From assembly GCA_000388065.2 (NCBI GenBank), contig KB932202.1: a DNA stretch of 64,000 bases; one strand, written 5' to 3'. Within the stretch, counting starts at the first letter, position 1; each line of letters starts with the position of its first letter. Below the pieces are notes generated by a model, which worked only from the letters and a program-made list of their open reading frames with translations, was not told the DNA's origin and did no database searches. Positions 25,766 to 38,207 of this stretch are shown here, piece by piece. The translations under genes and the position numbers were made by a program. Source of the DNA: Fonticula alba ATCC 38817. Its lineage: Eukaryota > Protista > Nucleariida.

Positions 25766-26443
25766 ATGAGCTGGGACAACACCCGCGCCGTGGCCGATGC
25801 CGTCCACCAGCACCTGAGCCCCACCAACCCGGCCGGCTCCTTCCTCATCACCGGCTACAAGGACGACAACACCCTGACCGTCCTGGAGTCTGGCACCGGT
25901 GCGCGCACCCCCAGCTGCACCGCCACCCACCCACACACACACGCACACGCACACGCACGCACGCACGCGCGCACCTCCCGTCGCTGACCCCCCCGAGCAC
26001 CCTGCCGTGTCCCTCCCATGCGCATGACCCCAGGCGGCGTCGAGGTCCTCAAGGAGCGCCTCGCCGAGGACAAGGTCCTGTACATCCTCCTCCGCATCAC
26101 CGACATCAAGGACGGCAACGCCCTCTACCGCGACGTCCTCCTCAGCTGGTGGGGCCCGAAGGTCAGCAAGATCAAGGCCGCCCGCATGCGCACCCACCAC
26201 TCCCTGGTATGTGTCCCCCCCCCCTCCCCCCTCCCCTGACACACATGCACACGCACGCACACACACACCTCCATATGCCCCCTTCCTGGTCGCTGACGCA
26301 CCGCTTCTCCTCCCCCCATGCAGGTCTTCGACACCCTCCGCCCCAACCACAGCCAGCTCGAGGTCCTCGGCAAGCGCGAGTTCACTGAGCAGATCATCCG
26401 CGACCGCTCCAGCCCCGGGTCCGGCTCTCACGTCATTGAGTAA
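25766..26443 (+). CDS. ADF-H domain actin-binding protein, coactosin-like (141 aa)
   Basis: Exons 25766-25898, 26034-26206, 26324-26443; total 426 nt. The product ...FLITGYKDDNTLTVLESGTG|GVEVLKERLAEDKVLYILLRI...VLLSWWGPKVSKIKAARM matches the coactosin/Abp1/drebrin ADF-H pattern. Confidence 0.85.
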
Positions 26444-26725
26444 ATCCCCCACAAGCTGCCCGCCCTCGCCGCCGCGCGCGCCCTTCCCGTGTGGTGGCCT
26501 GTGTACACACATGCCCCCTCCACACACACACACACACACGCGCGCGCATGTGCGCGCGCTGTGTGACAGAAAATACACCCAATGTCAACTCACTTTCCCA
26601 CTGCTACCCTGCCACCCCTCCGCGCGCCTCCTTTTTTTTTTCCGGGCGGGGCAACAAGAAGAAGCACGAAGAGATCTTCATTGGAGGGGGGGGGGGAGGG
26701 GGGCTTTCGCCGACCGCGCCCGGGC

Positions 26726-29654
26726 TCAACTATCGACCTCCTCCGGGCTGGCCGTGCTACGGCCACCCCGGCCGTCGGGATGCCGCAACATCCGGGCAAT
26801 CGACTGACCAAGCATGTCCACCAGGGCCTGCTGACTTTGGAGCCCGGCCACCAGGAGACGGAGCTCGCGCGCCAGCCGGCCCGCCGGCGTGACCGGCCCG
26901 GCGCTCTCCACATCTCCGGCGCCTGAGGGCTCGCCGGCCACCACGACCGGGCGGTGCGTGCCGGCGGGGCCCGGCCGATGCCGCTGCTGCAACAGGGGCG
27001 ACACCACCCCGAGCAGACGCTCGGCCTCGCTGCCCCCGTCCCCGTCCCCGCCGCCGAGGGTCGACTGGCTGGCGTCGTCACCAGCCAGGTCGGCCGTGGC
27101 GGTCCCCAGCCCGCCGGCCACCACCCAAGCGGTCGTCAGCCGCAGGCGCATGCAGGCCTGGGTCACCGCGCGCCGGGCATCCGGCTTGGGCCCAGATTGC
27201 GAGGCCGTCCGCTGCCGCCGCCGCAGCCCCGGGGAGGCCACGGTCGAGCCGCGCCGGCCTGCATGGGGGCACGCATCGGCCGCCCGGCCGCAACCAAGCG
27301 CCCAGCCCTGCACGTGCAGCAGCGCCGACACCACGGCCTCCTGGCCGCCATTGGAGACGGGTCCCGATGGGAGGTGCGGCGCCCCCTGGCCCCCGAGGAT
27401 GGTCGCCACATCGTCCACCGCCGCGCTGGTGAAGGCGTCCGACACAAAGAGCCCCCGGTCCTGGTGGCGGGGCGCCGGTCGTGCGGCAAATGCCGCGGCA
27501 GAGGGGCGGTGCATATATGTCAGCCAGGGTGCGAGAAAGGCGGGGCCCGGAGCGGCGCGGGGGAGGGCGAGACAAAGGCGGCAGAGCAGGCTGCTGCAAG
27601 CGCACCAGTCGAACGTGCAGCGCAAAAGCCGACACGCAGTACCAGAGAACCTGCTGCAGGGCGACAACCGGCGCGGGCTGCCCATCGGCATTCTCGGCCG
27701 CAAGCACAACGACCGGCGATGGCGGCTCGGCATCGGCCGAGGGGGCGGGCTGCGCGGCCAGGGTGGCCGCCGCCGCCGCCGCCTTCTCGATGTTCAGCAG
27801 CTCCCGGCGTCCATCGACCACAGCCGCGCCATACAGCCGGGAAACGGCCAGGAAGTCCCGGAAGAGCAGGCCCTCACACGGGCCGCCGGCCGCCGGCGGG
27901 ATGGCGTCCTCCTCGATGACATGCGGCCGGCAGGATAGGCAGCTCGGGCTGCAGGCCGACGCATCGCCGGCTCCACTGAAACCATGCAGCCGGACAACAT
28001 AACTGTATGCCAGGCTGACGGCGGGGGGCGAGAGGGGGGCGAGAGGGGGGCGAGAGGGGGGCGAGAGGGGGGCGAGAGAGGGGCGTCAGCGGTGGCACGA
28101 GGTGTGAGAGGGACGGAAGGCCCAGGCCCAGGGGGGGCCGTGGCTCTCGGTCTCGAGGAAGAGGAAATGTGCGCACAGGAAGTCCAGCAGCTGGACCAGG
28201 ATGACCAGGTGGTTGATGCTCGGCGGCAGGCGAGTTGAAAGGGCCTGCTGGAAGAGGGCACACCCGGAGCGTGCCCCATGTGCTGCGCATGGCGGGGAAG
28301 GAAGGCTGTCAGTCTCACCGCCGGGCGGGGGGGGGGAGGCTGGGAAGGGGCACGACTGGCACAACTGGCACAGGGCGCGCACGCACCGACATCCTCCGGG
28401 TGAAGGAGGACCGAGGGAACGCCATCCGGCCGGGGGGCCGCCCGTCGCCGGGTCGCCCACCATGGGGCCCAGCGCCGGGCCTGGTCCATTTCGCGCGCCC
28501 GAAGCTCGGCCACGGACGTGATGTCCAGGGCGGCGGGGTCGCCATCGGCGGCTGCTGCCCGCTGGCCGGGCCCAGCCGCCGCCGGGGGGGAGATCATCTG
28601 CTCGAAGAGCGCCACGCCAATGGCCTCGGGCGTGTCGTCCGGCCGCGCGGTCCCGGCCGCGCGGATGGCCTCAATGCCCGCCGTCAGGTGCTCGCGCAGG
28701 GTGCGTGCCTCCTCGGTGGCCTGCTCCGGATCGCCAAGGAGGATGGCTCGCACAAGCTCCAGACGGTCCTCCGCACTGATGGACGCCCAGAGGGCCGGGG
28801 CCGGGGCATTTTCCGGGTCGGCCAATGCCTCGAGGCCGCGCTCGTCCGCCGGCGCCTCCTCCCCATCGGTCAGCTCGCCGGCTGCGGCGTCCGTCGCATC
28901 ATCTACCACAGCCCCAGGCCGGGGCGGGGGGGGGGGGGGGGGGGAGAAAGAGCAGGTGCGAGATGGGCATGTCAGCGGCAGGCGGGCCTCCCTCCAGTCT
29001 CCGAGAGGCAGCACAGGGTGCCAACATACCGAAAGCTCGATCCGGCCGGATTGCCGCCGCACCGGGCCGCTCCTCGTGCCAGGCCCGGGTCAGGGCCCGG
29101 ACCACCGCCCGGCCGTCCTCCCGGTCGGCCCGCTTGCCACGCAGCTCGCCAACCACCTGGTCGCGGGAGAAGTCCTCCCGGCAGCGGACGTGCAGCGGCG
29201 AGTCGGCGAAGCACCGGACCGAGCAGTAGGGCACCTGGCAGCGGTTGCACCGGTACGGCGCGGCCACCGGCGCCGTGCGGAAATCAAAGTCCGACCCCGC
29301 CGGTGGAGGGGCCTCCTGGTGGCGCAGGAAACACAGCTGGCAGTCCTGCAAGCGGGCCTCGCGCAGCTGTGCCGTCTCGCGCGCGACCGGGCGAACGGTG
29401 GTCAGCCGTCGGCTGATGGGAGCCGAGGCCGGGACGGGGCCCGGGTCGCTGGGCTCCTCGTCGGCAGCCGACGATTGGAGGATCGTCACTCGGCCGACCT
29501 GAGCCGGGGCGTCTGGCGCGCCAGCCGGCGGCACGGCCCCCTCCGGCAGCGAGAACACCGACCGCCGGAGGAACCGCCGCGACGAAAGCATCGAGCTCAG
29601 GGACACATCATCCAGCGGACTGGCCGAGGCCGGCGCGCCTGGGGGAGGGTCCAT
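26726..29654 (-). CDS. ZNHIT2: Zinc finger HIT domain protein 2-like (~796 aa)
   Basis: Exons 29654-29030, 28902-28387, 28282-28177, 28014-27606, 27460-26726; total 2391 nt. HIT finger CQLC...YRCNRCQVPYCSVRC...H.RCREDFSRDQV, then LWASISAEDR, WAPWW and LLAYSYVVRLHG, as in ZNHIT2. The last intron boundaries are less certain. Confidence 0.8.
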
Positions 29655-31716
29655 TGCCGGGCCGATGGTCTGCACAAAACTGGTGCCGAGGCAAGCGGGG
29701 AGGGAGGGGGGGGGGGGGATGAGGAGCAAGGGGAGGGGCGAATGGAGGGCAGATCCGTCCCACGCAAGGGTACAGAGTCAAGTGGAGGAGGAGGAGGAGA
29801 GGAGGGGGGATTTCTCCGCCAGATCGCCCCTCTCCGGGACGAGTCAGCCCGAAAAAGCCCCTCCCCCTGCCGCCGGATGCCGCACCGCGGAGGCGGAAGA
29901 CGAGTTGGGCGCGATCCCCCCACCACCACCACCACCACCACCGCACATGGCGTGCCCCCACGGCGACATCGGCGAAGACCCGGGAGGGGGGGGGGGGGCA
30001 GTCAGGCAGGTACGGGGGGAGGCGGGCGGACGGGCCTCCCCCACACCGACCTCGGGGGTCGATCGGGCGGGAGGCGCCGCCTTTGAACACGTGTACGTCA
30101 TGAAGAAGGAGGGCGTGATCCGGGCGAGCATGGCCGGCCTGGGCCACCGCGTTGCCCGTCCTCCCCCCGAGACCCGTCCCCAGCTGGAGGGAGGGGGAAG
30201 CAGCGACACGCGCGGCGCAGGCGACGGCGTCCCCCCCCCCCCCTCGCCCCCGGTGGCAGCGGCGGCGGTGGCGACTGCGGGGACAACACATCTGCGCCCG
30301 TGTATTGAATAGGAAGCGGCAGGGACACATATGCGGGTGTCCGGGCGCGGTCCCGGGCCGTGTTCTTCTTCTGGCCAAAGTGTGAGGCCCCCCTCGCTGT
30401 GGATGCGCCCCCGCATACCAGAGGCTGCCCCCCTCGCCCCCTGGGAAATCGTGCGGCCAGCCATGTTGCACCGGCGCGGCTCCACAGGCTCCCCCTGCTC
30501 GAGGGGGCACGAGGGCGTGCGGCCGCGCCTCGCGGCCCCCCCGGCGCCCGTGCACATCACACGTCGAGATACGGAGAACCAAGGGGGGAGGGGGGAGAAA
30601 ACAGCGGTACACAAAGAGAGGTGAAGAGAGAAAGATGGAGGGAAAAACACACGGAGAACACGCCTGATGATATAAGGGGGGGTGGATATTGGACAAGGTA
30701 ACAAGTGGGGGGAGGGAGGAGAAGGAAGGAGGGAGGGGGTTGCGGGGAGGAGGAGGAGAGAGAGAGAGGGAGAAGGAGACAACGGGGAAGCAACGCCCGG
30801 CCCCCAGCCTGGGAGGAGGGAACCCCCGGGGAGAGGGAGGAACAAGATGCCACCCCGATGACGTATGGGGCACCGGGGGCGCGCGCAGAGCAACACGGAG
30901 GACGACCCCCCTCCTCCGGATCCCGCCCCGCTGTGCGCATGTGCGTGAGGGGGGAAGGCACACGCACACACATACACAGGTAATAGAGGGAGCAGGAGAG
31001 GGGGGGGGGGAAGGACTACGGCTCGCGCGTACGCACACGACAAGGGGGGAGAGAGGAAGGGCGAGAGGGAAGGGAAGACACGCGCGCAACGCAGGAACAA
31101 CAAGAGCGAGGGGGAGGGAGGGGGGGGGAGCGCGCGAATGCGCAAGCACACACGGAGAAGGTGAGGTGCGCACACACACACACACACGCACGTACACCCC
31201 CGCCCTCCCCCTTGCTCTGCCCCTTTTCCCAGCCGACGCCGCCCCACAGACCCCCTTCTGTTCACCTTCTGTGCGGTGCCCCGTGCCCCCCCCATAAGGG
31301 GCGGGCCTTGCCTCCTGCCCCCCCCCCCCCGCCTCTTCTCGCGCAGGCCAATGCTCAGCCCGGGCCTCCTGCCGAAAGGCAAGGAGGGGCGCGCGGGCGA
31401 GAAGGGGGCATGCACACAGGGAGGGGGGAGGAGGAGCGAAGGCGTCTTCGGAGCAAGAAGGAGAGAAGAAGAGGAAGAAGGGCCTGGCGGCTGGCGGCGG
31501 CGGCGGCGAAGAAAGGAAGGGGAGGCATATGAGACCGCACACCACCACCACCACGCATGGGGACATGTGTGCACGACCTCCTCTGCTGCTCACGCACGCA
31601 CACACACACAAGGAGGGGAGGGAGCCAGGCTGCCGCTGCCGCTGCTGTTGCTGCTGCCGCTGCTACCTGGAGAGGCGCACCGTCGTGCAGAGCCCCCGCG
31701 CCCGACGGCCGCCGCC

Positions 31717-33416
31717 TTAACCGGAGATGTACTGGCTGTAGTTCTCGGGCAGGGGGTCGATGGTGGTGTCGTACAGCTTGCGGATCTGGTCGATGAGGAC
31801 GAGCTCATCGTCGGAGCAGATGTTGATGGAGATACCCTTACGACCGAAACGACCACCACGACCGATGCGATGGATGTAGTTCTCGAAGTTGCGAGGGATG
31901 TCGAAGTTGATGACCAGGGACACCTGCTGGACGTCGATACCACGGGCCAGCAGATCGGTGGTGACCAGGACACGAGAGTCACCGTTGCGGAAGTTCAGCA
32001 TGACGCTCTCGCGGTTCTCCTGCGACAGCTCACCGTGCAGAGAGGCAACCGGGAAGTTGTTGCCCTCCAGGAAGGAGGTCAGGTGGTCGACGGTGCGGCG
32101 GGAGTTGCAGAAAATGACGGACTGAGTGATGATCAGGGTCTCGTAGAGATCGCGCAGGATCTCCAGCTTCTGGGCGTGGGTGTTGGCGCCGATGTAGAAC
32201 TGGCGAATACCCTCGAGGGTGAGCTCCTCAGCGCGGACCAGGATCCGGGTGGGGTCCTCCATGAAGGAGTCGGTCAGCTCGAGGACCTCCTGCGGCATGG
32301 TGGCCGACAGGAGAACCACCTGCGAGTCCTTGGGGAAGAGCTGGAAGATCTCGCGGATCTGGTTCTGGAAGCCGCGGGAAAGCATCTCATCAGCCTCATC
32401 CAGGACGAAGATGGCCAGGCGGGAGAGATCCAGGATGCCACGGTGAGCCATGTCGCACACACGGCCCGGGGTACCGACAACGATCTGCACACCGCTGCGG
32501 AAGGCCTCGATGTCCGAGCGCAGGGGGTACCACCGATGCAGGCGTAGATGGAAGCGCGCAGGTGGGTGTTGACGCTGTTCATGAAGTTGAAGATCTGGGT
32601 GGCCAGCTCACGGGTGGGAGCCAGGATGAGGGCCTGGCAGTGGCGCTGGCTCAGGTCGATGCGCTGCAGGACCGAGATGGTGAAGGTGGCGGTCTTACCG
32701 GTACCGGACTGGGCCTGGGCAATGACATCGGAGCCGCGGATGATCGGGACGATGGCGCGCTGCTGAATGGCGGAGGGGTTCTCAAAACTGCGGACATCGC
32801 GCCACCGGGAGGGGAGGGGGGAGAGGGGGAGAGATGTCAGGCACGGCGGGAGGGGGAGGGGGGTGGAAGGGCGGAAAGCCCGGGGCCGGGAGCCGCCGAA
32901 CGACGTACCCGACACCGTAGACACCGCGGAGGAGGGCGTCATGGAGGCCCATCTGGTCGAAGGAGGTGTAGATGTCGAGCTCCTTCGACGCCTGGATACG
33001 CGGGAACGGGGAGGAAATGGCGGTCAGCACACTGAGACGGGGGGGGCGAGAGAGAGAGAGAGGGAGAGAGAGGCAGATGCATAGGTCGGGCCGTGGTGGC
33101 CGCGCGTGTGTGCTGTTGTCGGGGGTCAACAGGAAGGGGGGAGCGAGAGACCCGGGCGCACCTCGATGTTGATGTCGTTGTTAACCCTGTGTTGTGAAGA
33201 AGGGCCAGCACATGCCGGGGGAGGGAGGAGGCCGAGAACAAGGGGGAGGGGTTAGAGGAAGGAGGGAGGCGACACGCGTGGCCGTGCACAGGCGGGTGGG
33301 GGGGGAGAGGCCGGCAAGAGGGAGAGAAAGCGCGCGCAAGAGAGAGAGAGAGAGGGAGAGAGAGAGAGGGGAGCAGGCGATCAAAAGGGGGGGAGGAGGA
33401 GGGAGGAGACGAACAT
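31717..33416 (-). CDS. EIF4A: Eukaryotic initiation factor 4A, DEAD-box helicase (~393 aa; apparent 1-nt frameshift in the assembly)
   Basis: Coding exons 33416-33415 (AT), 33186-33162, 32991-32909, 32787-31717. Q motif SFDQMGL...G|[56 protein letters not shown]. The total of 1181 nt is one base short of a multiple of 3; the frame shifts at the G5 run 32523-32527. The region has strong codon bias and lacks low-complexity inserts. Confidence 0.95.
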
Positions 33417-33727
33417 GGTGATGTTGGGGGTCTCTATATTGTGATCCAAACACAGGAATCTGTGTGACACACACACACACACAACACGCGGCGAGGGCCG
33501 GAGGGAGGAGGCAGAGAGAGAGGGAGCGCGAGGGCAAGCGAGAGGGTGCGGCAGGGCAGCGCGGGGCCGGAGAGGACGGAGGGAAACGGGGTCAGCAAGA
33601 TGTGTGTATGTGTGCGAGTGCGAGTGCGCGCGCAAGAGAGGGGGAAGGGGGAGCGCGGCCGGAGGGAGAGGGGTGGGACGCCGAGTAGGCAGGGAGAAAA
33701 GGGAGGGTAGCGGGGGATCATCACGCG

Positions 33728-33790
33728 GGGAAGAGGGAAGAGGGAAGAGGGAAGAGGGAAGAGGGAAGAGGGAAGAGGGAAGAGGGAAGA
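33728..33790. repeat. (GGGAAGA)9 purine heptamer repeat upstream of eIF4A
   Basis: Read directly; forms a pyrimidine tract on the eIF4A sense strand. Confidence 0.9.
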
Positions 33791-36482
33791 GGGCGAGGCC
33801 GGCTTGGCGGGCACGGGCACGGTAATGGGGCGGAAGGCGGTTATGGGGGGGGGGCGAGGAGCAGGGCAAAGGAAGCAAGGGAAGGGAGCAGGGCTCGGGG
33901 GGCATAAGGGGGCGGGGCGGGGCGGNNNNNNNNNNNNNNNNNNNNNNNNNNNNNNNNNNNNNNNNNNNNNNNNNNNNNNNNNNNNNNNNNNNNNNNNNNN
34001 NNNNNNNNNNNNNNNNNNNNNNNNNNNNNNNNNNNNNNNNNNNNNNNNNNNNNNNNNNNNNNNNNNNNNNNNNNNNNNNNNNNNNNNNNNNNNNNNNNNN
34101 NNNNNNNNNNNNNNNNNNNNNNNNNNNNNNNNNNNNNNNNNNNNNNNNNNNNNNNNNNNNNNNNNNNNNNNNNNNNNNNNNNNNNNNNNNNNNNNNNNNN
34201 NNNNNNNNNNNNNNNNNNNNNNNNNNNNNNNNNNNNNNNNNNNNNNNNNNNNNNNNNNNNNNNNNNNNNNNNNNNNNNNNNNNNNNNNNNNNNNNNNNNN
34301 NNNNNNNNNNNNNNNNNNNNNNNNNNNNNNNNNNNNNNNNNNNNNNNNNNNNNNNNNNNNNNNNNNNNNNNNNNNNNNNNNNNNNNNNNNNNNNNNNNNN
34401 NNNNNNNNNNNNNNNNNNNNNNNNNNNNNNNNNNNNNNNNNNNNNNNNNNNNNNNNNNNNNNNNNNNNNNNNNNNNNNNNNNNNNNNNNNNNNNNNNNNN
34501 NNNNNNNNNNNNNNNNNNNNNNNNNNNNNNNNNNNNNNNNNNNNNNNNNNNTGCACGCCAGGGCTGCCGCGCGTCCACCCCGCCGCGGCTGTGGGTGCCG
34601 CGCTCACAAGGCGCGCCAGGCCCTCTCGAATTTTCTTCGCCACGAAGCCCGCGCACGCCCCCGTGCTATGGTGGACCGGCTCCCGAGGGTCCCCTGCCAC
34701 CTAGCCGGGTCTCGTGCCAGTCGGCCGGGCGTCGCACAGGGCAGAGCCTCGCGCAGCCCCGCCAGGCGCCCCCTCCCGGGCCGCCCGGCCAGCCAGGCTG
34801 GCGTCTTGCGCGCGATACAGCCCCCCCCCCCCCCCCGCCCCGCCCCTGTCTAGACGGCCGGTATCCCCGGGCGCCCGGCCGCGAGGGGGGAGGGCACGGC
34901 CACGCGTGGCCACCTCGCGCAGGGCGCGGGCGCGCACCCGAACAAGCGCGCGCACACCCGCACCCACATGCACGGCTCCAGGAATGTCACTGTCCGCATG
35001 TGTCCGCTGCCGGGCTCCCCCGTCGCCGGGGCGATGACATCTGTAAGGGCGGTCTCGCGTGCACATGCACGCCGGGGGTGCACAGAGGGCTCCGGCGGAA
35101 ATGGGCCCCCGCCCCTCCCTAGCTGGGTGCCCCGCACATGGGGGCGTGGCAAGAAAAAAAAAAAGACAAGGCGGCGCGGCGGGCCACAAACAAACACCCC
35201 GCCCGGCGCGGGGGACCGGCGAGAAAACAGCACTGGCGCGCGGCGGGGGCCCGAGACACCGACGGCAGGGGCAGGAGGGGGGGGGGGGGGGTTTTACAGC
35301 CGCCGCCGCATGGTAGTTAGGTTTAACTTTCCGGCCTAGGTTCCGTCGAGCCACCCCCCTGTCGGGGCCTGCTTGCCCCAGTCTAGTCTCCCAAGCCGAG
35401 GGGGTCCGCAGGCACCCCCCTCCCCTTTGGGGGGGGGGATATCCCCACCTGGCCGAGCGGCAGCGGATGCGCCACCAAACGCGAATATATGCGACCGGCA
35501 TTATAAAGTGGCCATTTGTGCCGAGCCCCACTGGTGAGGGGGATATATACAACGGCGCGCCTGGCGAGACTGCCGCGCGCGCCCGCCCTCCTCTCGAACC
35601 CCCCCCCCGCCCCCTTATACCTCGCTTAAGTTCGGGAAGCCAGCCGGCCGAGGGGGGTGCCGCGCTCCCGGGGCTTCGGACGGCTTGACATGAGAGCACG
35701 CACGCCCATCACGCGACATCGGGGAATAACATTGCGGCCACACTTTCGGCCTCACACCACCACGCCCCCGTGCACGCGCCCGGAATCCGTCGGCAGCCGG
35801 AATTCTTCACTCCCAGATTGCCGACGCCCCATACCCAGAGCCACGCTTGTTCCTGGAGAAGGAGATTTCGCGGCGGGGCCCACGCGCGGCGGCGCCAGCG
35901 CGGGGGCGTCCCTCGCCCGGCCCTCGGTGGCACCTGCGTGGCTCCGCCGCCTGCACAGTCCCCCCCCCCGGGCCGCGGGCGCGGCAGGGCGAGAGAGTGT
36001 CCTCCCCCGGCCCCGTGGCCCCTCTGTCCCCCCCCCCCAGAGCGGGCCGATTGTGGGGCTGGACAAGCCGCGGTGGCGCAGCCCCGGCGAGGCCCGCCCG
36101 CAGGCCCGCCCCAAGGGCGCCCGGACCCTGGGNNNNNNNNNNNNNNNNNNNNNNNNNNNNNNNNNNNNNNNNNNNNNNNNNNNNNNNNNNNNNNNNNNNN
36201 NNNNNNNNNNNNNNNNNNNNNNNNNNNNNNNNNNNNNNNNNNNNNNNNNNNNNNNNNNNNNNNNNNNNNNNNNNNNNNNNNNNNNNNNNNNNNNNNNNNN
36301 NNNNNNNNNNNNNNNNNNNNNNNNNNNNNNNNNNNNNNNNNNNNNNNNNNNNNNNNNNNNNNNNNNNNNNNNNNNNNNNNNNNNNNNNNNNNNNNNNNNN
36401 NNNNNNNNNNNNNNNNNCCCCCCCTCCGGCGGGCCATCTCCCCTCCCCCTCCTCCTCCTCTCGGGTTCCTCTTGTCGGCACC

Positions 36483-38174
36483 ATGTCGAAGAACATCCGC
36501 CCGAAGGACCTGAACCACGACAATGCCGACGGTAGCGGCCGTCGGTTCCGGGTACGCCTGGCGCCTCCCTTGTGCCCTTTCCCCCCTCGGTGAATGCCTC
36601 CTTGCTTCCCCCCGCCGTATTGCTGACCCTCCTTTTCTCTCTTCCCTCCCCCCCTTCAGTACACGACCTTTGCCGAGCGCGTCACCGGCGTCGACCTGGC
36701 CACCATCCAGCGCTCCCAGCTTCGTGTGGACAAGGATCTCATCAAGGTGCCTCCCTTCCTCGGACACCGCTCTCTGTGGGCTACCCCCCCCCCCCCCCCC
36801 CCTCCTCGATGCTGACGGTTTCCTCTCCCTCGCGCCCGCTCCCCACCCGGACAGGATAACGACTCGCTCCTGTGCCACAAGCTCACCGAGTGGCGGGAGC
36901 TCGACTGCTCGACTGCCTTCTCCAACTTCTCGCGCGAGCTGATGCCCCTGTGCGGGTCGCTGCCGCTGGTGCTCTTCAACCGGGAGCGCATCGTCGAGTG
37001 CTTCGAGAAGCACCTGGCCGTGCCGGACTCGCTGGCCATTCGGCCGGTGTCCACCCTGGTGACCTACTTCGCCTTCGATCTGCAGGACGAGTTCCTGCCG
37101 CTCTTCCCGCGCATCTTCACCGCCCTGGTGGCCCTGCTGGAGATCACCGAATCCGAGGTGGTCGAGGTGCGCCGGCTGCCTTGCCGCCATCATGGTGGCC
37201 GATCTACTGTTTGATCCCCCCCCCCNNNNNNNNNNNNNNNNNNNNNNNNNNNNNNNNNNNNNNNNNNNNNNNNNNNNNNNNNNNCCCCCCCCCCCCCCCC
37301 CCCGCCCCCTCATCCAGCACTCACCTCCGCCGTCGTCCGTGCAGCGTCTTTTCCCCCCTCCTCGGGTCCGGCAACAAGCAGTATGTGCGCCGCTTCGCGG
37401 CCGAGTCGTTCGCCTTCCTGTTCCGCCGGCTGCCGGCCGACAAGGCGGCCCTCGTGCTGGACCTCCTGCTGGCCGAGATGCCGGCCAACAAGGCGGCCAA
37501 TCGCCGCCAGACCCCCCTGGCCACCGGCCAGTCTGCGGCCACCCTCGGCAGCCTCACCTCCATGGAGGCCCTGGCCGCCTTGAGCCCGCAAGCTTCGGAC
37601 TTTGACGAGAGCCTCTGCTTCCTCTTCTTCGACGTGATCAAGGTGCGCCGTTCGCGCACGCGGGCCCTCTCTCCCCGCCTGGCGCCTCAACCTGTCACTG
37701 ACCTGCCATCGCCACTGTGTCATTGTGTCGCGCCCACCGCGCCCACCACTACCACCGCACCGCCACCAATAACAGGGTGTCCCCGGCCGCCTGCACTCCC
37801 GCGGCACGGATACCCTTGTCATGCTGCTCGACCGACTGGACCAACTCTGGACCGAGGACCTGGCGCGTGCCGAGCGCTTCAAGGCCGTGCTCATCGGGCT
37901 GAATGTCCTCCTGTGCGGGCACTCCGAGCGCGAGCACTCGCAGGTGGCCATCCAGGTGTATCTGGACCGCCTGGCCGACCTGGGCAGCCTTGGCGAGACC
38001 TCCCTGGCGGCCGGCACCCGGTACGCCGTCTGCATGCGCCTCCTGTCGGTCTGGCTCTCCGGCCGTGGCGGCCAGCGTGTCGATGGTGCGCACACATGCC
38101 CCCGCTGCTGTTCCTCCTCCTCCTCCTCGCTCCACTCCACCGTTTGCCATCCTCCCCTCGTGGACACCTTCGCA

Positions 38175-38207
<33 letters not shown>

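Noticed and set aside
30060-30135. Minus-strand FFMTYTCSK resembling the Zim17/DNL zinc-finger start
   Set aside because: No second Cys or later CxxC/HLIADN motif and no supporting splice sites.
29608-31611. 667-aa minus-strand ORF
   Set aside because: Translation of microsatellite and homopolymer sequence (CVCV, PPPP, WWWW) with a non-ATG start.
34552-36132. Possible tRNA, snRNA or snoRNA in the eIF4A-UTP20 intergenic region
   Set aside because: No A/B boxes, Sm site or C/D boxes with a convincing structure could be identified by eye.
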